Positions 29,219 to 40,781 are shown, counted from the first letter of the stretch. The stretch is 64,000 bases of DNA from Candidatus Nomurabacteria bacterium (GCA_026395965.1 JAPLXS010000012.1:36116-100115); one strand, 5' to 3'. A program made the numbers and translations. The notes: generated by a model from the sequence alone, not told the origin.

Positions 29219-29923
29219 TTATTTTAATTTTAGATAATATAATCTTTTGTTTTCAGGTAGTCTTTCTATTGCATAACGTAGCATAGTCCTCGGCATTTTA
29301 TTGTAGTTGGTATCTAGATATGACATTAATTCTTTTTCAGAAACTCTTTTACCCGATTCTCTTAACATCCAACCACATGCCTTTTGGATGAGATCATGTT
29401 CGTCAGACATTAATACATTTACAATTTTGAAAGTCCATTTATTCTCACTATTGTATATGAAAGCAAAGGTTGAGATTATAGAAATCCTACGCTCCCAAAT
29501 ATTTTTTGATTTTGATAGTTTTTCTAATATTTTTTTATCTTTGTTAATCAAATAATCACCGAGTATATAGTGAGCAGATAGATCAACTAAATCCCAATTA
29601 TTTATATATCGGGTATTTTTTAGGTAAAAATTTACAATTATTTTCTTCTCTGAATCATTTTTTGATTGTTTGTATTTATAGACCAATATTAATATAGCTA
29701 TCAAGCGTACTTCATGATATTTATTTTTGATCAGTTTTTCTACTTCAATCAATTTAATATCTCCATACTTATGAGCTATCTTGCGTGATATTGGAACAGT
29801 TATTCCTAAAAACATATCTCCTTCACCATACTGTCCGGGACCAGTTTTAAAAAACCTAGAAAGAATAGCATCCTTTTCTATATTTTTAAATGAAAGTATT
29901 TCTTTTAAAATTTTATCATGCAT
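29219..29923 (-). CDS. DNA alkylation repair protein (AlkD-like)
   Basis: FFKTGPGQYGEGD, NNWDLVD, WERR, KACGWMLRE, MPRTMLRYAIE. Confidence 0.9.
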   Translation of the reverse strand: MHDKILKEILSFKNIEKDAILSRFFKTGPGQYGEGDMFLGITVPISRKIAHKYGDIKLIEVEKLIKNKYHEVRLIAILILVYKYKQSKNDSEKKIIVNFYLKNTRYINNWDLVDLSAHYILGDYLINKDKKILEKLSKSKNIWERRISIISTFAFIYNSENKWTFKIVNVLMSDEHDLIQKACGWMLRESGKRVSEKELMSYLDTNYNKMPRTMLRYAIERLPENKRLYYLKLK

Positions 29924-29934
29924 TTTATTTTAAA

Positions 29935-31617
29935 TTATATAAATAATTTTGCTATTCTGATATCTTCAAATGATAAATCAATACCTGATTTATCTAGGAT
30001 ATTTTTTATAGGGCTTAGTTTTCCTACCTCATCGTCTTTTAGTTTTTCATTTGCTTTTCTGACTGAAACTATATTTTTACTATTTGGTTTTATATGATTA
30101 ATCTTTACATCAGGATATTTTTTGACTATGTCTTCTAGATGCTGGATGATTGTACTTCTTACTAATCCTCTTGCTGCAGATATTTCATTTATATCCTTAC
30201 CTTGCTCTAGTAGTTCTTTTGTAATTTCTATTGAAGGGATTTTTGTATCTTTTATTGTTTTTACTTTTATTTTTTTATTTCCCTTTTTTATGCTTCCTCC
30301 CATTCTGTTTATAAAATCTTCTTCCAATTTTATTTGTTCTTCATTTTTTAATTTTCGGAAAAGAAGTTCATTGCTGAAACTTTGATTTTTTAAATCTTGA
30401 TCAAATTCAAAAACTTTGGGGTCTACTCTAAGAGATTCATTGTTGAAACCAACCAAACTGATGCCTTCTAGTGTGCGTACGCGAGAAAGTGCCACGTATC
30501 CCATTCCATAAGAAAAAGTGCGTGAAAGGTCAATTTCTGCGTTATCTAGGGACATTCCCTGGCTCTTGTGTATGGTTATAGCCCATGCAAGTCGCAAAGG
30601 TATTTGAGATACAGATGCTTTTACTTTCCCGTCTTCTTCTATGGCCCATTGTTCTGGTTTTAGAAGTATTTTTTTGCCATTATATAACTCTACAATAGGG
30701 TTACCTGTTTCTTTGTTGAATTCTATTATTTTACCTCGAGAACCATTTACATACCCTTCTTCGAAATTATTTTTAATACACATTACCTCAGCACCTATTT
30801 TAAGTTTTAATTTATCGTGAGCAAGGCATCCTTTTTTTAATATGTCTGTAAGCATTTCAGGACCTATAGATGTCATATGAGAAACTCTCTCCTCCTTTTC
30901 TATAAGAGAAAGTTCAATATTGTTTATATCATCTACGTTTACATTGTGTGTGTAAAGTTTAGTTGCTTTTATGTCACTTTTTAATTTTGCACCAATACGA
31001 CTACGCAATAACTCGTAGTGTTTTTCATCTATAGAGTTTGTACGAATAGAATTTAATATTTCTGTAAGAGTGTCGTCTTCCTGACGGTGCTGCTCTTCTA
31101 TATAACAAACTGCAGGATTTAATATATCCCATGCTTTACTATCAAAAATCATCCCACTTTCATTTTCATCTCCACTTTTGTTTATTGGTGGTAGTTGAAA
31201 AAAATCACCAGATAATATGATCTGTAATCCTCCAAATGGCTTGTCATTTCTTTTGAATCTACGACATACACGCTCTACCATATCTAGTTGGCTAGCATGG
31301 AGCATGGATACCTCGTCTATGATAAGTACACGAGCTTTATCAAATCTTTTCCATAAATACTTTTTTTCTTCTAATTGTTCTAAGTCTTTTTCTTCTAATA
31401 AGCTTCTGATACCTATTCCAGACCATGAATGTATTGTCATGCCATTCATATGAGTTGCTGCGATTCCAGTAGAAGCAGTAATAGCCACTGATATATCATG
31501 GCTTTCTAGATATGATATGTATTTATTTAGAAGATAAGTTTTTCCACTACCGGCACTACCAGTTAAATAAATATTTACTCCAGTTTTCATTATTAAAAAA
31601 GCCTGTTCCTGTGTCAT
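29935..31617 (-). CDS. PIF1-like SF1B DNA helicase with C-terminal HTH
   Basis: GSAGSGKT, IDEVSM, GDFFQLPP, AWAITIHKSQGMS, YVALSR. Confidence 0.9.
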   Translation of the reverse strand: MTQEQAFLIMKTGVNIYLTGSAGSGKTYLLNKYISYLESHDISVAITASTGIAATHMNGMTIHSWSGIGIRSLLEEKDLEQLEEKKYLWKRFDKARVLIIDEVSMLHASQLDMVERVCRRFKRNDKPFGGLQIILSGDFFQLPPINKSGDENESGMIFDSKAWDILNPAVCYIEEQHRQEDDTLTEILNSIRTNSIDEKHYELLRSRIGAKLKSDIKATKLYTHNVNVDDINNIELSLIEKEERVSHMTSIGPEMLTDILKKGCLAHDKLKLKIGAEVMCIKNNFEEGYVNGSRGKIIEFNKETGNPIVELYNGKKILLKPEQWAIEEDGKVKASVSQIPLRLAWAITIHKSQGMSLDNAEIDLSRTFSYGMGYVALSRVRTLEGISLVGFNNESLRVDPKVFEFDQDLKNQSFSNELLFRKLKNEEQIKLEEDFINRMGGSIKKGNKKIKVKTIKDTKIPSIEITKELLEQGKDINEISAARGLVRSTIIQHLEDIVKKYPDVKINHIKPNSKNIVSVRKANEKLKDDEVGKLSPIKNILDKSGIDLSFEDIRIAKLFI

Positions 31618-31647
31618 AAGATTTATTGTATCAGATTATCAGTATTT

Positions 31648-32184
31648 TTATTTAATAAAGAAAGAAATCAAATCCCATGGTAATCCCATGCTGAAAATCA
31701 CAGCATAAAGAACAATAAAAATTATAGGAATATTTTTTTCAATCGATGAAAGTTTTCTGTATTTTGTATAATCATTTCCTTTTCCCAATAACTCCCATTC
31801 TGTTTTGAAAAGTGAAAGTGGTAGTTTTTCTTCTATATTGTGAATAACTTTAAATTTTGCTTTATTGAGTTGCTTGTAAGATATTATAATTTCATACCAA
31901 CAATAACAGATTGCTATTCCTACAAGAGGAGCAAATAAAAAAATTACTGAGGTATTATTTGATACACTTTTTGTTTCTAAGTATCCAAGTACTCCAATAA
32001 TCGCTGTGTTTAAACCAAGGAAAAATTCATTTGATTTATTTCTTCTGTCGCTAGTACTTTTGAATATATGAAGATACATTCGGTATTGTTCTAAGTAATG
32101 ATCTTTAAAATTTTCATTTGAATCATTATCATTTTTTGAACTTACTCTTGAGTATAGTAGGCTATCTAATTTGTCTTTGTCCAT
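31648..32184 (-). CDS. Membrane protein resembling the RipA-type small oligomeric membrane family
   Basis: EQY..Y.....SDRR...N.FF..LN; W..II.SYKQLN.AKF.VI..IE..LP pattern; family recalled, not searched. Confidence 0.6.
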   Translation of the reverse strand: MDKDKLDSLLYSRVSSKNDNDSNENFKDHYLEQYRMYLHIFKSTSDRRNKSNEFFLGLNTAIIGVLGYLETKSVSNNTSVIFLFAPLVGIAICYCWYEIIISYKQLNKAKFKVIHNIEEKLPLSLFKTEWELLGKGNDYTKYRKLSSIEKNIPIIFIVLYAVIFSMGLPWDLISFFIK

Positions 32185-32327
32185 AAGATATATTTTTTAA
32201 TATTATAGTTTAAATTTTATCATATTTTGAATATAAAGAATATGTCTAATGGCATTTTTATTTTAAATTTATAATAAAAACGCCATAAATTATAATAATT
32301 TATGGCGTTTGTTTTGTTTTCCTAATT

Positions 32328-32618
32328 TTATTTAGGAGATTCATTATTTTCATCAGTATCATGATACACCCTTGTTGGTGTTGGTGGTCCTGATGGGTTT
32401 TCATCCTTCTTTATAAAGGGATGATGTTTTTTGTGTAATCTGTATGCAAATATTGCGCATATAAAGCTAATGGCACTAGACCATTTAATAACGGTCCAAT
32501 TGTTATCTATTTGTTGAATATTTGGCAAATAGATATTTCCTAGAGCGTTTAGAGCTGTAAGTGCACTTACTACACATAAAAGTAAAAAGAACTGTTCTGG
32601 AAAATTAGTTGTTTTCAT
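32328..32618 (-). CDS. Hypothetical 2-TM protein
   Basis: Two hydrophobic segments and a Pro-rich tail. Confidence 0.65.
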   Translation of the reverse strand: MKTTNFPEQFFLLLCVVSALTALNALGNIYLPNIQQIDNNWTVIKWSSAISFICAIFAYRLHKKHHPFIKKDENPSGPPTPTRVYHDTDENNESPK

Positions 32619-32716
32619 AACTTATCGTTTTTAGATTTTTTATTATTATAGCATAAAAATTGACTTTGTGCAACATATAAAATACCCCTATTAATAGGGG
32701 TATTTTATAATTTTTA

Positions 32717-33160
32717 TTACTTTCTATATTTCTTTGTTCTCCATTTGTCAGCGATTTTGATTCTATTTAGAGAGCGTTCAAGCTCTGTTTCAAAGTGTTC
32801 AAAATCAACAATTTCATTATTTTCTGCTTGTTTACGGAGTTGTTCAGCTTTTGCTTTTGCTTTCTCTATCTCACTATCAGAGATATTTGAAACATGTTCA
32901 GCAAAGTCAGCTAAAATGGTAACAGTGGTTACATCATTTTCTTTTTTTGTTTCCACAAATCCACCAACTATAGCCATAGGAACATGTTCGCCATTTGACA
33001 CTGCGACTATGTCTCCAGATGCAATAGAAGCAATAAGAGGCACGTGGTCAGGTAATATTGTGATCTCCCCTTCTGTTGTTGGTATTGTAACTTGCTCAAC
33101 CAATTCTTCTAGAATTAGTTTTTCTGGGGTAACGATTTTTAATTGTAATTTTTTAATCAT
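32717..33160 (-). CDS. atpC: ATP synthase F1 epsilon subunit
   Basis: IVTPE, GEITILPDHVP, GGFVE. Confidence 0.93.
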   Translation of the reverse strand: MIKKLQLKIVTPEKLILEELVEQVTIPTTEGEITILPDHVPLIASIASGDIVAVSNGEHVPMAIVGGFVETKKENDVTTVTILADFAEHVSNISDSEIEKAKAKAEQLRKQAENNEIVDFEHFETELERSLNRIKIADKWRTKKYRK

Positions 33161-33194
33161 TCTTAATTCGTAATTATTAATTCTTAATTATAAA

Positions 33195-34574
<1,380 letters not shown>

Positions 34575-34630
34575 TTAATAATGTTTTTAATTTTTTTGAG
34601 CCTAAATTCTTAATTCGTAATTATTAATTC

Positions 34631-35536
34631 TTAATTAATCGAGGCCATTCCTGCACTTATCTCTGATATCTCTCTAGTGATATTTGCTTGACGAGCTTTG
34701 TTAAATACTAGAGTCAAGTCATCTATCATTTCTCCGGCAGCTTCGTTTGCATTTTTCATCGCGACCATTCTTGATGATTGTTCGGAAGCTTTGGATTCAA
34801 GCATCATTTGATATATTTGCATTCTGACCAATTTCTCTGCGAGTGTATCTAATAGTGTACTCGTATCTCCTTCTATTAAATATGGAATTTCTGACGAAGC
34901 ATGACTATTTTTTAATTTCTCCTCTGCATTTGCGTCTAGTATTTTTTTGAATTTATCTTTTGATATTGGTAGTATTTTCTTTACTACTGGTTTTTGATTT
35001 AATGCTGAAAGGAAATGAGTATAAGCTATATAGACTTTTGAATACTTTTCATTTTTAAATTCATTTGTAACATAAGTAGAAAGTGAAGTTATATCTCTCA
35101 TACTTACATTGTCTGGAATATCTGTAAATGTAGCTATTATATTTTGATCAGTACGGCGCATTGCCCCGTCACCTTTTTTGCCTACAGATATAATATCTAC
35201 ACTTTGTTCTGTGTTTTTATTTTTTATTTGAGCAATAACTCTTTTTATTACTTGAGAATTATACCCTCCACATAGACCGCGATTTGAAGTGATAAGAACT
35301 ATCAAGTATTTTTCGTTGTTGGTATTCTTAACAAAAAACTTATGAGACAAATTTTCTATTCTCTCTGAAAGTGAAGTTAAGATTTCCCAAGAATAAGAAG
35401 AGTAAATACGAGAAGCCAATGTCTGAGATACTGCACGTTTCATCTTTGAAGCAGCAACAAGCTCCATCGCTTTAGTGATTTTCTTTGTACTTTTTACAGA
35501 CTGTATTCTTCTTTTTATTTCTTTTGTGGATGCCAT
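34631..35536 (-). CDS. atpG: ATP synthase F1 gamma subunit
   Basis: KITKAMELVAASK, RGLCG, RQANITREISEI. Confidence 0.97.
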   Translation of the reverse strand: MASTKEIKRRIQSVKSTKKITKAMELVAASKMKRAVSQTLASRIYSSYSWEILTSLSERIENLSHKFFVKNTNNEKYLIVLITSNRGLCGGYNSQVIKRVIAQIKNKNTEQSVDIISVGKKGDGAMRRTDQNIIATFTDIPDNVSMRDITSLSTYVTNEFKNEKYSKVYIAYTHFLSALNQKPVVKKILPISKDKFKKILDANAEEKLKNSHASSEIPYLIEGDTSTLLDTLAEKLVRMQIYQMMLESKASEQSSRMVAMKNANEAAGEMIDDLTLVFNKARQANITREISEISAGMASIN

Positions 35537-35550
35537 AATTTTGTAGCAAA

Positions 35551-35627
35551 ATTTAAATGTTCTTTTGTGAATGGTCTGGCCCCTCGTCCTGCATCAATCG
35601 AGGACCTGAATAAAAGAATATTTAAAT
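35551..35627. repeat. atp intergenic structured repeat, copy 1 (atpA-atpG)
   Basis: Close match to 38099..38175; closed by a terminal inverted repeat. Confidence 0.75.
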
Positions 35628-35636
35628 GAAGCGATT

Positions 35637-37139
35637 TTACTTTTGTATTGATTGTTTAAACTCAGTAATTGTTTTTACCAATTCAGCCTCACCTTCATCT
35701 GACCACATTTTTGTATCGATGACTTCTTTGTAGAAAGTTTTTGCATTTCTTCGTGCGTATTCAGTAAGACCTTCTTCAAAAGATTTGATAGAATCTACAG
35801 CTATATCATCCATGTGTCCTTTTGTAAGAGCATACAAAACTACAACCTGGTCTTCTGTTTTCACAGGAGCATATTGAGGTTGCTTTAGAACTTCAACAGC
35901 GCGTTTACCGCGTTCTAGCTGACTTTTTGTACCTTCATCTAGATCAGAACCAAATTGTGAGAAAGCTTCAAGTTCACGAAATTGAGCAAGGTCAAGCTTA
36001 AGAGTTCCAGAAACTTTTTTCATAGCTTTGATCTGAGCAGATGAACCCACACGTGATACAGAAAGACCTACGTTTACAGCTGGACGGATTCCCTTATAAA
36101 ACAAATCTGTTTCAAGGAATATTTGTCCATCAGTAATAGAGATAACGTTTGTAGGAATATAAGCAGAAACGTCACCTGATTGAGTTTCGATTATTGGTAA
36201 TGCTGTTATAGAACCACCACCGTATTCTTTATTTCTTCGGCAAGCACGTTCTAGTAAACGAGAGTGCAAATAGAAAACATCTCCAGGGAAAGCTTCGCGT
36301 CCTGGTGGGCGACGTAATAATAGAGAAATTTCGCGGTACGCTACAGCATGTTTTGAAAGATCATCGTAAATAATTAAAACATCTTTTCCTTGATCCATAA
36401 AATATTCAGCGATAGATACTCCTGTATATGGAGCGATATATGAAAGAGCTGAAGATTCAGATGAACCAGCTGAAACTATGATCGTATAATCCATAGCACC
36501 ACCTTCTTCTAAACGAGTTTGAAGTTTGCGTAGTTTGGAATCTTTTTGACCGATAGAAACATAAACACAAATCATGTCTTGTCCTTTTTGGTTCAAGATT
36601 GCATCGATAGCAATAGCTGTCTTGCCTGTCTGACGGTCACCAATGATAAGCTCACGTTGTCCACGTCCAATAGGGATAAGAGTATCAATAGCTTTGATAC
36701 CAGTTTGAACAGCTTGGTTTACTGACTGACGTGTGATAACTCCAGGAGCTACTTTTTCAATAGGATTGGACTTATCTGTCTTTATTTTACCTTTTCCATC
36801 TATAGGCTCTCCGAGGGCGTTTAATACACGACCTATTTGAAGATCTGATACAGGGACTGAAAGAATCTGACCTATAGCTTTTACTTCATCCCCTTCACGA
36901 ATTTTTGAGAAGTCTCCAAGAATGATAACTCCAACAGAATCTTCTTCTAGGTTTAAGGCTACTCCAGTTTCTCCATTTGGAAATGAGACCATTTCTGATG
37001 CTTTGATATCAGAAAGACCAGATATTTTTGCAATACCATCAAATACTTCAATAACATGACCTACTTTTTCAGCCTTTGCTTCATCTTTGAAGTTTTCTAT
37101 TTGTTTTTTTAAGTTTTCTACAATGTAATTTTTAGTCAT
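35637..37139 (-). CDS. atpA: ATP synthase F1 alpha subunit
   Basis: [29 protein letters not shown]. Confidence 0.98.
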   Translation of the reverse strand: MTKNYIVENLKKQIENFKDEAKAEKVGHVIEVFDGIAKISGLSDIKASEMVSFPNGETGVALNLEEDSVGVIILGDFSKIREGDEVKAIGQILSVPVSDLQIGRVLNALGEPIDGKGKIKTDKSNPIEKVAPGVITRQSVNQAVQTGIKAIDTLIPIGRGQRELIIGDRQTGKTAIAIDAILNQKGQDMICVYVSIGQKDSKLRKLQTRLEEGGAMDYTIIVSAGSSESSALSYIAPYTGVSIAEYFMDQGKDVLIIYDDLSKHAVAYREISLLLRRPPGREAFPGDVFYLHSRLLERACRRNKEYGGGSITALPIIETQSGDVSAYIPTNVISITDGQIFLETDLFYKGIRPAVNVGLSVSRVGSSAQIKAMKKVSGTLKLDLAQFRELEAFSQFGSDLDEGTKSQLERGKRAVEVLKQPQYAPVKTEDQVVVLYALTKGHMDDIAVDSIKSFEEGLTEYARRNAKTFYKEVIDTKMWSDEGEAELVKTITEFKQSIQK

Positions 37140-37143
37140 ATGT

Positions 37144-37551
37144 TTATTTGGTTATAAGATAATTTTGTAATTTTTTGATTTTATTCTTTAGGGTAGTATC
37201 TATTATCTCATCTCCGATTTCTATTTTTATACCTCCCAACAATTTTTCATTTATTTGAAATTCTAGAACTGTATTTTGTGCTTTGTATCTTTTTTTTATA
37301 AAATCCTCAATCTCTGTTATAGCTTTTTGTTCTAATTTTATTTTAGAGCTTATTTTTGCTCTGATAACACCATTATTTTTGTCTGCAATTTTTTCTAGCT
37401 GATTTATGATTTCTTTAGATTTACTAAGTAAATGTTTTTTAGAAATTATATTTACAGCATTTTTCATTACAGCATCGAGTTCTGCCTCATCTTTATCATG
37501 AGATGATTCATATATTGCTCGTGCTAAATTGTTAATCGAAATTGTTGCCAT
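37144..37551 (-). CDS. atpH: ATP synthase delta subunit (short)
   Basis: Operon position; [21 protein letters not shown]-type C-terminus. Confidence 0.85.
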   Translation of the reverse strand: MATISINNLARAIYESSHDKDEAELDAVMKNAVNIISKKHLLSKSKEIINQLEKIADKNNGVIRAKISSKIKLEQKAITEIEDFIKKRYKAQNTVLEFQINEKLLGGIKIEIGDEIIDTTLKNKIKKLQNYLITK

Positions 37552-37552
37552 A

Positions 37553-38044
37553 TTATATATTCTTTAATTGGTCTATTGATTTACTCTCAAATTTTTCATT
37601 TGGATGAGATTCAAGTAGTTTTTCTGTGGCTAAAACAACAAGAGAAACTATTTCTTGTTTTGCTTCTTCTATTATTTTAGCCTTTTCTGATTCAAGAACT
37701 TTTTTACCATTTAGTATCATAGTATCAACTTCATTTTTTGCAGCTTCAATCATTTCAGCTTTTTTTGTTTCAGCTTCTTTTTTGCCTTCTTGAAATATAG
37801 TATGAGCTTCAGTACGAGCACTTGAAACTATCTCGTCGTATTCTTTCTTTGTGTTTGCAAGCAATATAGCATTCGTCTTTGCATCATTAAGCCCACCTTC
37901 TATATTTGCAGAACGCTCTTTCATTAATTGCTTTAGTGGTTTTACTATTAAGAAGTATAAAACACCAAGAACTATAATAAAGTTTATAGTTTGAGCTACT
38001 ATTATTTTCCAGTCTATATGAAATGTTGTTATAAATGAATCCAT
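37553..38044 (-). CDS. atpF: ATP synthase F0 b subunit
   Basis: TM QTINF...KPL..LMKER followed by coiled coil. Confidence 0.93.
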   Translation of the reverse strand: MDSFITTFHIDWKIIVAQTINFIIVLGVLYFLIVKPLKQLMKERSANIEGGLNDAKTNAILLANTKKEYDEIVSSARTEAHTIFQEGKKEAETKKAEMIEAAKNEVDTMILNGKKVLESEKAKIIEEAKQEIVSLVVLATEKLLESHPNEKFESKSIDQLKNI

Positions 38045-38098
38045 GTTTGAATAATTAAGAATTAATAATTTAGAATGAGTTAAGTAAATTTGTGTGGA

Positions 38099-38175
38099 AT
38101 TGAAATATTCTTTTCTGAATGGTCTGGCTCCTCGTCCTCCCTCGTCCGAGGACCTGAATAAAAGAATATTTCAAT
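38099..38175. repeat. atp intergenic structured repeat, copy 2 (atpE-atpF)
   Basis: Close match to 35551..35627. Confidence 0.75.
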
Positions 38176-38325
38176 GCAACACTTTTGTAATTATAATTTG
38201 TGAAGCCTTTGTGAATAAAGAAGTTTTGGCTCCTTACTCCTAGTCATTTGTGATATCCTCATCTGAATGAACGATAGAAATTCAGACGGACAAGGAACCA
38301 AGTGACTAGATGTAAATAGCAAAAA

Positions 38326-38556
<231 letters not shown>

Positions 38557-38578
38557 TTAATAATGATTGACCTTTAAA

Positions 38579-39502
38579 CTAATGCGAACTTACTAACTCT
38601 CCTTTTTTACTATGCTCTTCATTCTCATCATGTTCGTGGTCCATGTTTGAAATAGTATAGTAAACAAGAGTCAAAATGGCAAAAATAAATGCCTGTATAA
38701 CACCCACTAATACTTCTAAAAGTAAAAATGGTGTAGGAAGAATATAAGCCATAAGTGCTCCCATGGAAGCAAGTAGAACTTCTCCAGCAAATACATTACC
38801 AAAGAGACGGAAAGAAAGAGATGCTATTTTTGCAAATTCTCCAACAAGTTCAAGGAGCCCAACAGCAAACATTATAGGGGCTGTCATTAAAATCATTGGA
38901 TCCTTTTTAACCTTGGTAAACATGCCACCAAGAGCATTCAGATTAACATATTTGTTTATTGTTTTCCATAGCCCGATAGATATAACTCCAAAAATATTTG
39001 CACCTATAACAGAAAGTACTGCTAGTGGTAATGTTCCATTTATATCTGCAGTACCACTTCTAAAAAGAGGTATAAAAGCTTTGCTGTGTTCTCCTATTTC
39101 AATAAATCCTAAACCTCCAAGTGGAAGAATTCCCATCCAATTATTTAAAAGTACAAACATAAAAACAGCAAATACTATTGGAAAAGCTTTGTTTGTTATG
39201 GTACGGCTATTTGTAACTTGGTCACACAAAAGCTCGGCTTCTTCTATTACTATTTCAAATAGATTTTGAATTCCTTTTGGTATTTTTTTTATACTTATTT
39301 TAACTATTATTGAAATGATTATAAGTATAAAAACAACTACCCAACTAGTAAAAAGTGCATTTGTAACAGTAAAAGAACCAAAGTGAGCAATAGGCTCAGC
39401 ATATAAAGTAGACTCGTGAGATATTTCCTCAGGTGCATTGCTTATAGCTGGTACTAAAGCTGTAGTTTCGATTGTTGTATTTTCTGTATTTACTATGCTC
39501 AT
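38579..39502 (-). CDS. atpB: ATP synthase F0 a subunit
   Basis: QNLFE, NNWMGILP, SLSFRLFGNVFAGE, IQAFIF. Confidence 0.96.
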   Translation of the reverse strand: MSIVNTENTTIETTALVPAISNAPEEISHESTLYAEPIAHFGSFTVTNALFTSWVVVFILIIISIIVKISIKKIPKGIQNLFEIVIEEAELLCDQVTNSRTITNKAFPIVFAVFMFVLLNNWMGILPLGGLGFIEIGEHSKAFIPLFRSGTADINGTLPLAVLSVIGANIFGVISIGLWKTINKYVNLNALGGMFTKVKKDPMILMTAPIMFAVGLLELVGEFAKIASLSFRLFGNVFAGEVLLASMGALMAYILPTPFLLLEVLVGVIQAFIFAILTLVYYTISNMDHEHDENEEHSKKGELVSSH

Positions 39503-39505
39503 AAA

Positions 39506-39772
39506 TTAATTTTCTCTTTTTTCTTTTATGTCCAATTTCTTTTTATAAATTCTTGCTTCTTTCCATATTAGATAAATAGTTATTAGGAAAGCAATTGCAG
39601 TTAAACCAAAGAAAAATAAATTATTCTTATTATATTTATTATCTAAATAATTTCCAAAGTAAGATGATATTATAATAGGAAATACAATATATGCAGATAC
39701 TTTTGTAAAAATTATAACTCCATCTTTCCACCAAGGTGGATTGATTAAACTTGGATTTTCTTGATTATTCAT
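39506..39772 (-). CDS. AtpZ/AtpI-family membrane protein
   Basis: First gene of the atp operon; 2 TM with G.YLD. Confidence 0.75.
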   Translation of the reverse strand: MNNQENPSLINPPWWKDGVIIFTKVSAYIVFPIIISSYFGNYLDNKYNKNNLFFFGLTAIAFLITIYLIWKEARIYKKKLDIKEKREN

Positions 39773-39795
39773 AAAGAAAAGGCATAAAAGCCTTA

Positions 39796-39832
39796 TGCGT
39801 GTGCTTGGAATCGGACCAAGGACTTCTGTCTT
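39796..39832 (-). repeat. Duplicated 3' half of tRNA-Ile
   Basis: AAGACAGAAGTCCTTGGTCCGATTCCAAGCACACGCA, one mismatch to the tRNA. Confidence 0.85.
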
Positions 39833-39877
39833 TTAAATGGCAGAGAGTTATAAAATGAAAGAGATTACCGCCCTGTG

Positions 39878-39949
39878 TGCGTGTGCTTGGAATCGGACCA
39901 AGGACCTCTGTCTTATCAGGACAGCGTTCTACCACTGAACTACACACGC
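39878..39949 (-). tRNA. tRNA-Ile (anticodon GAT)
   Basis: GCGTGTG...CACACGC-A; anticodon arm CTGTC-CTGATAA-GACAG; T-loop TCCGATT. Confidence 0.9.
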
Positions 39950-40010
39950 ACGCAACGTACTAATCTATTTCATTTTTAACGAGCGAACCATTTATTTACC
40001 AAGGGTTACC

Positions 40011-40045
40011 TCAGGACAGCGTTCTACCAACAACTACACACACGC
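40011..40045 (-). repeat. Degenerate duplicated 5' half of tRNA-Ile
   Basis: GCGTGTGTGTAGTTGTTGGTAGAACGCTGTCCTGA versus tRNA GCGTGTGTAGTTCAGTGGTAGAACGCTGTCCTGA. Confidence 0.8.
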
Positions 40046-40177
40046 TATTTAAGTACTTCAAAAAAATAAATTCATACTTATCTTTAAAAGATACTGTTAG
40101 ACTATATCAAAAAATAGGTTCATTTGCAATCAAAAAGACCCCCATAAGGGGTCTTTTTGATAACGATAGTATATTTA

Positions 40178-40462
40178 TTATCTTCCTCCGAAACTACCAC
40201 CTTGTGGGCGAGCTTCCATAGGACGAGCTTCGTTTACTGTAAGGTTTCTTCCTTCGAAGTCCTTTCCATCAAACATTGAGATTGCTGAAGTTGCATCGGC
40301 ATCGTTTTCCATTTCAACGAAACCAAAACCCTTTGAGCGACCTGTCATCTTATCCATAATAATTGTTGCTGAGCTAACTGCTCCAGCTGTACTAAAATGA
40401 GCTTTTAACTCATCGTTTGTAGTCTTGTAAGGAAGACCACCAACATATAACTTTTTTGCCAT
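40178..40462 (-). CDS. RRM-domain RNA-binding protein
   Basis: RNP2 LYVGGL, RNP1 KGFGFVEM, VNEARP. Confidence 0.95.
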   Translation of the reverse strand: MAKKLYVGGLPYKTTNDELKAHFSTAGAVSSATIIMDKMTGRSKGFGFVEMENDADATSAISMFDGKDFEGRNLTVNEARPMEARPQGGSFGGR

Positions 40463-40623
40463 ATATGACACTATACTTCTCTTAGCGATACCTGCATATC
40501 TACTATTTGAAGAAAACTAATTTATAAATGTAATCGCAAAGCCCGATTTCATTTACATACCTCAATGTTTAACACAACGAAGGATGAAACTAATACCAAA
40601 ACAAGTGGCAACTACTGGACGGA

Positions 40624-40652
40624 ATTATAACAGACATATAAAAATTAAGCAA
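40624..40652 (-). promoter_or_regulatory. Sigma70 promoter TTGCTT-17-TATAAT with extended -10
   Basis: Upstream of the RRM gene; implies a leader of about 155 nt. Confidence 0.6.
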
Positions 40653-40664
40653 ACAAGAAAATGC

Positions 40665-40781
40665 AATTACGAATTAATAATTAAGAATTAGGAATTAAAA
40701 CAATAGCCCAAAATTACGCAGTAATTTTGGGCTATTGTTAGAGCTATGAAATTCCTAATTATTAATTCGTAATTTTTAATT
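40665..40781. repeat. Inverted heptamer (AATTANN) arrays flanking a terminator hairpin
   Basis: AATTACG-AATTAAT-AATTAAG-AATTAGG and its reverse complement around AACAATAGCCCAAAATTAC/GTAATTTTGGGCTATTGTT. Confidence 0.7.

Noticed and set aside
35551-35627. Hammerhead or HDV ribozyme identity for the atp repeat
   Set aside because: I could not find the CTGAnGA/GAAA core or a convincing nested double pseudoknot by eye.
39765-39947. 60-aa ORF
   Set aside because: It is a translation of tRNA-Ile and its duplicate.
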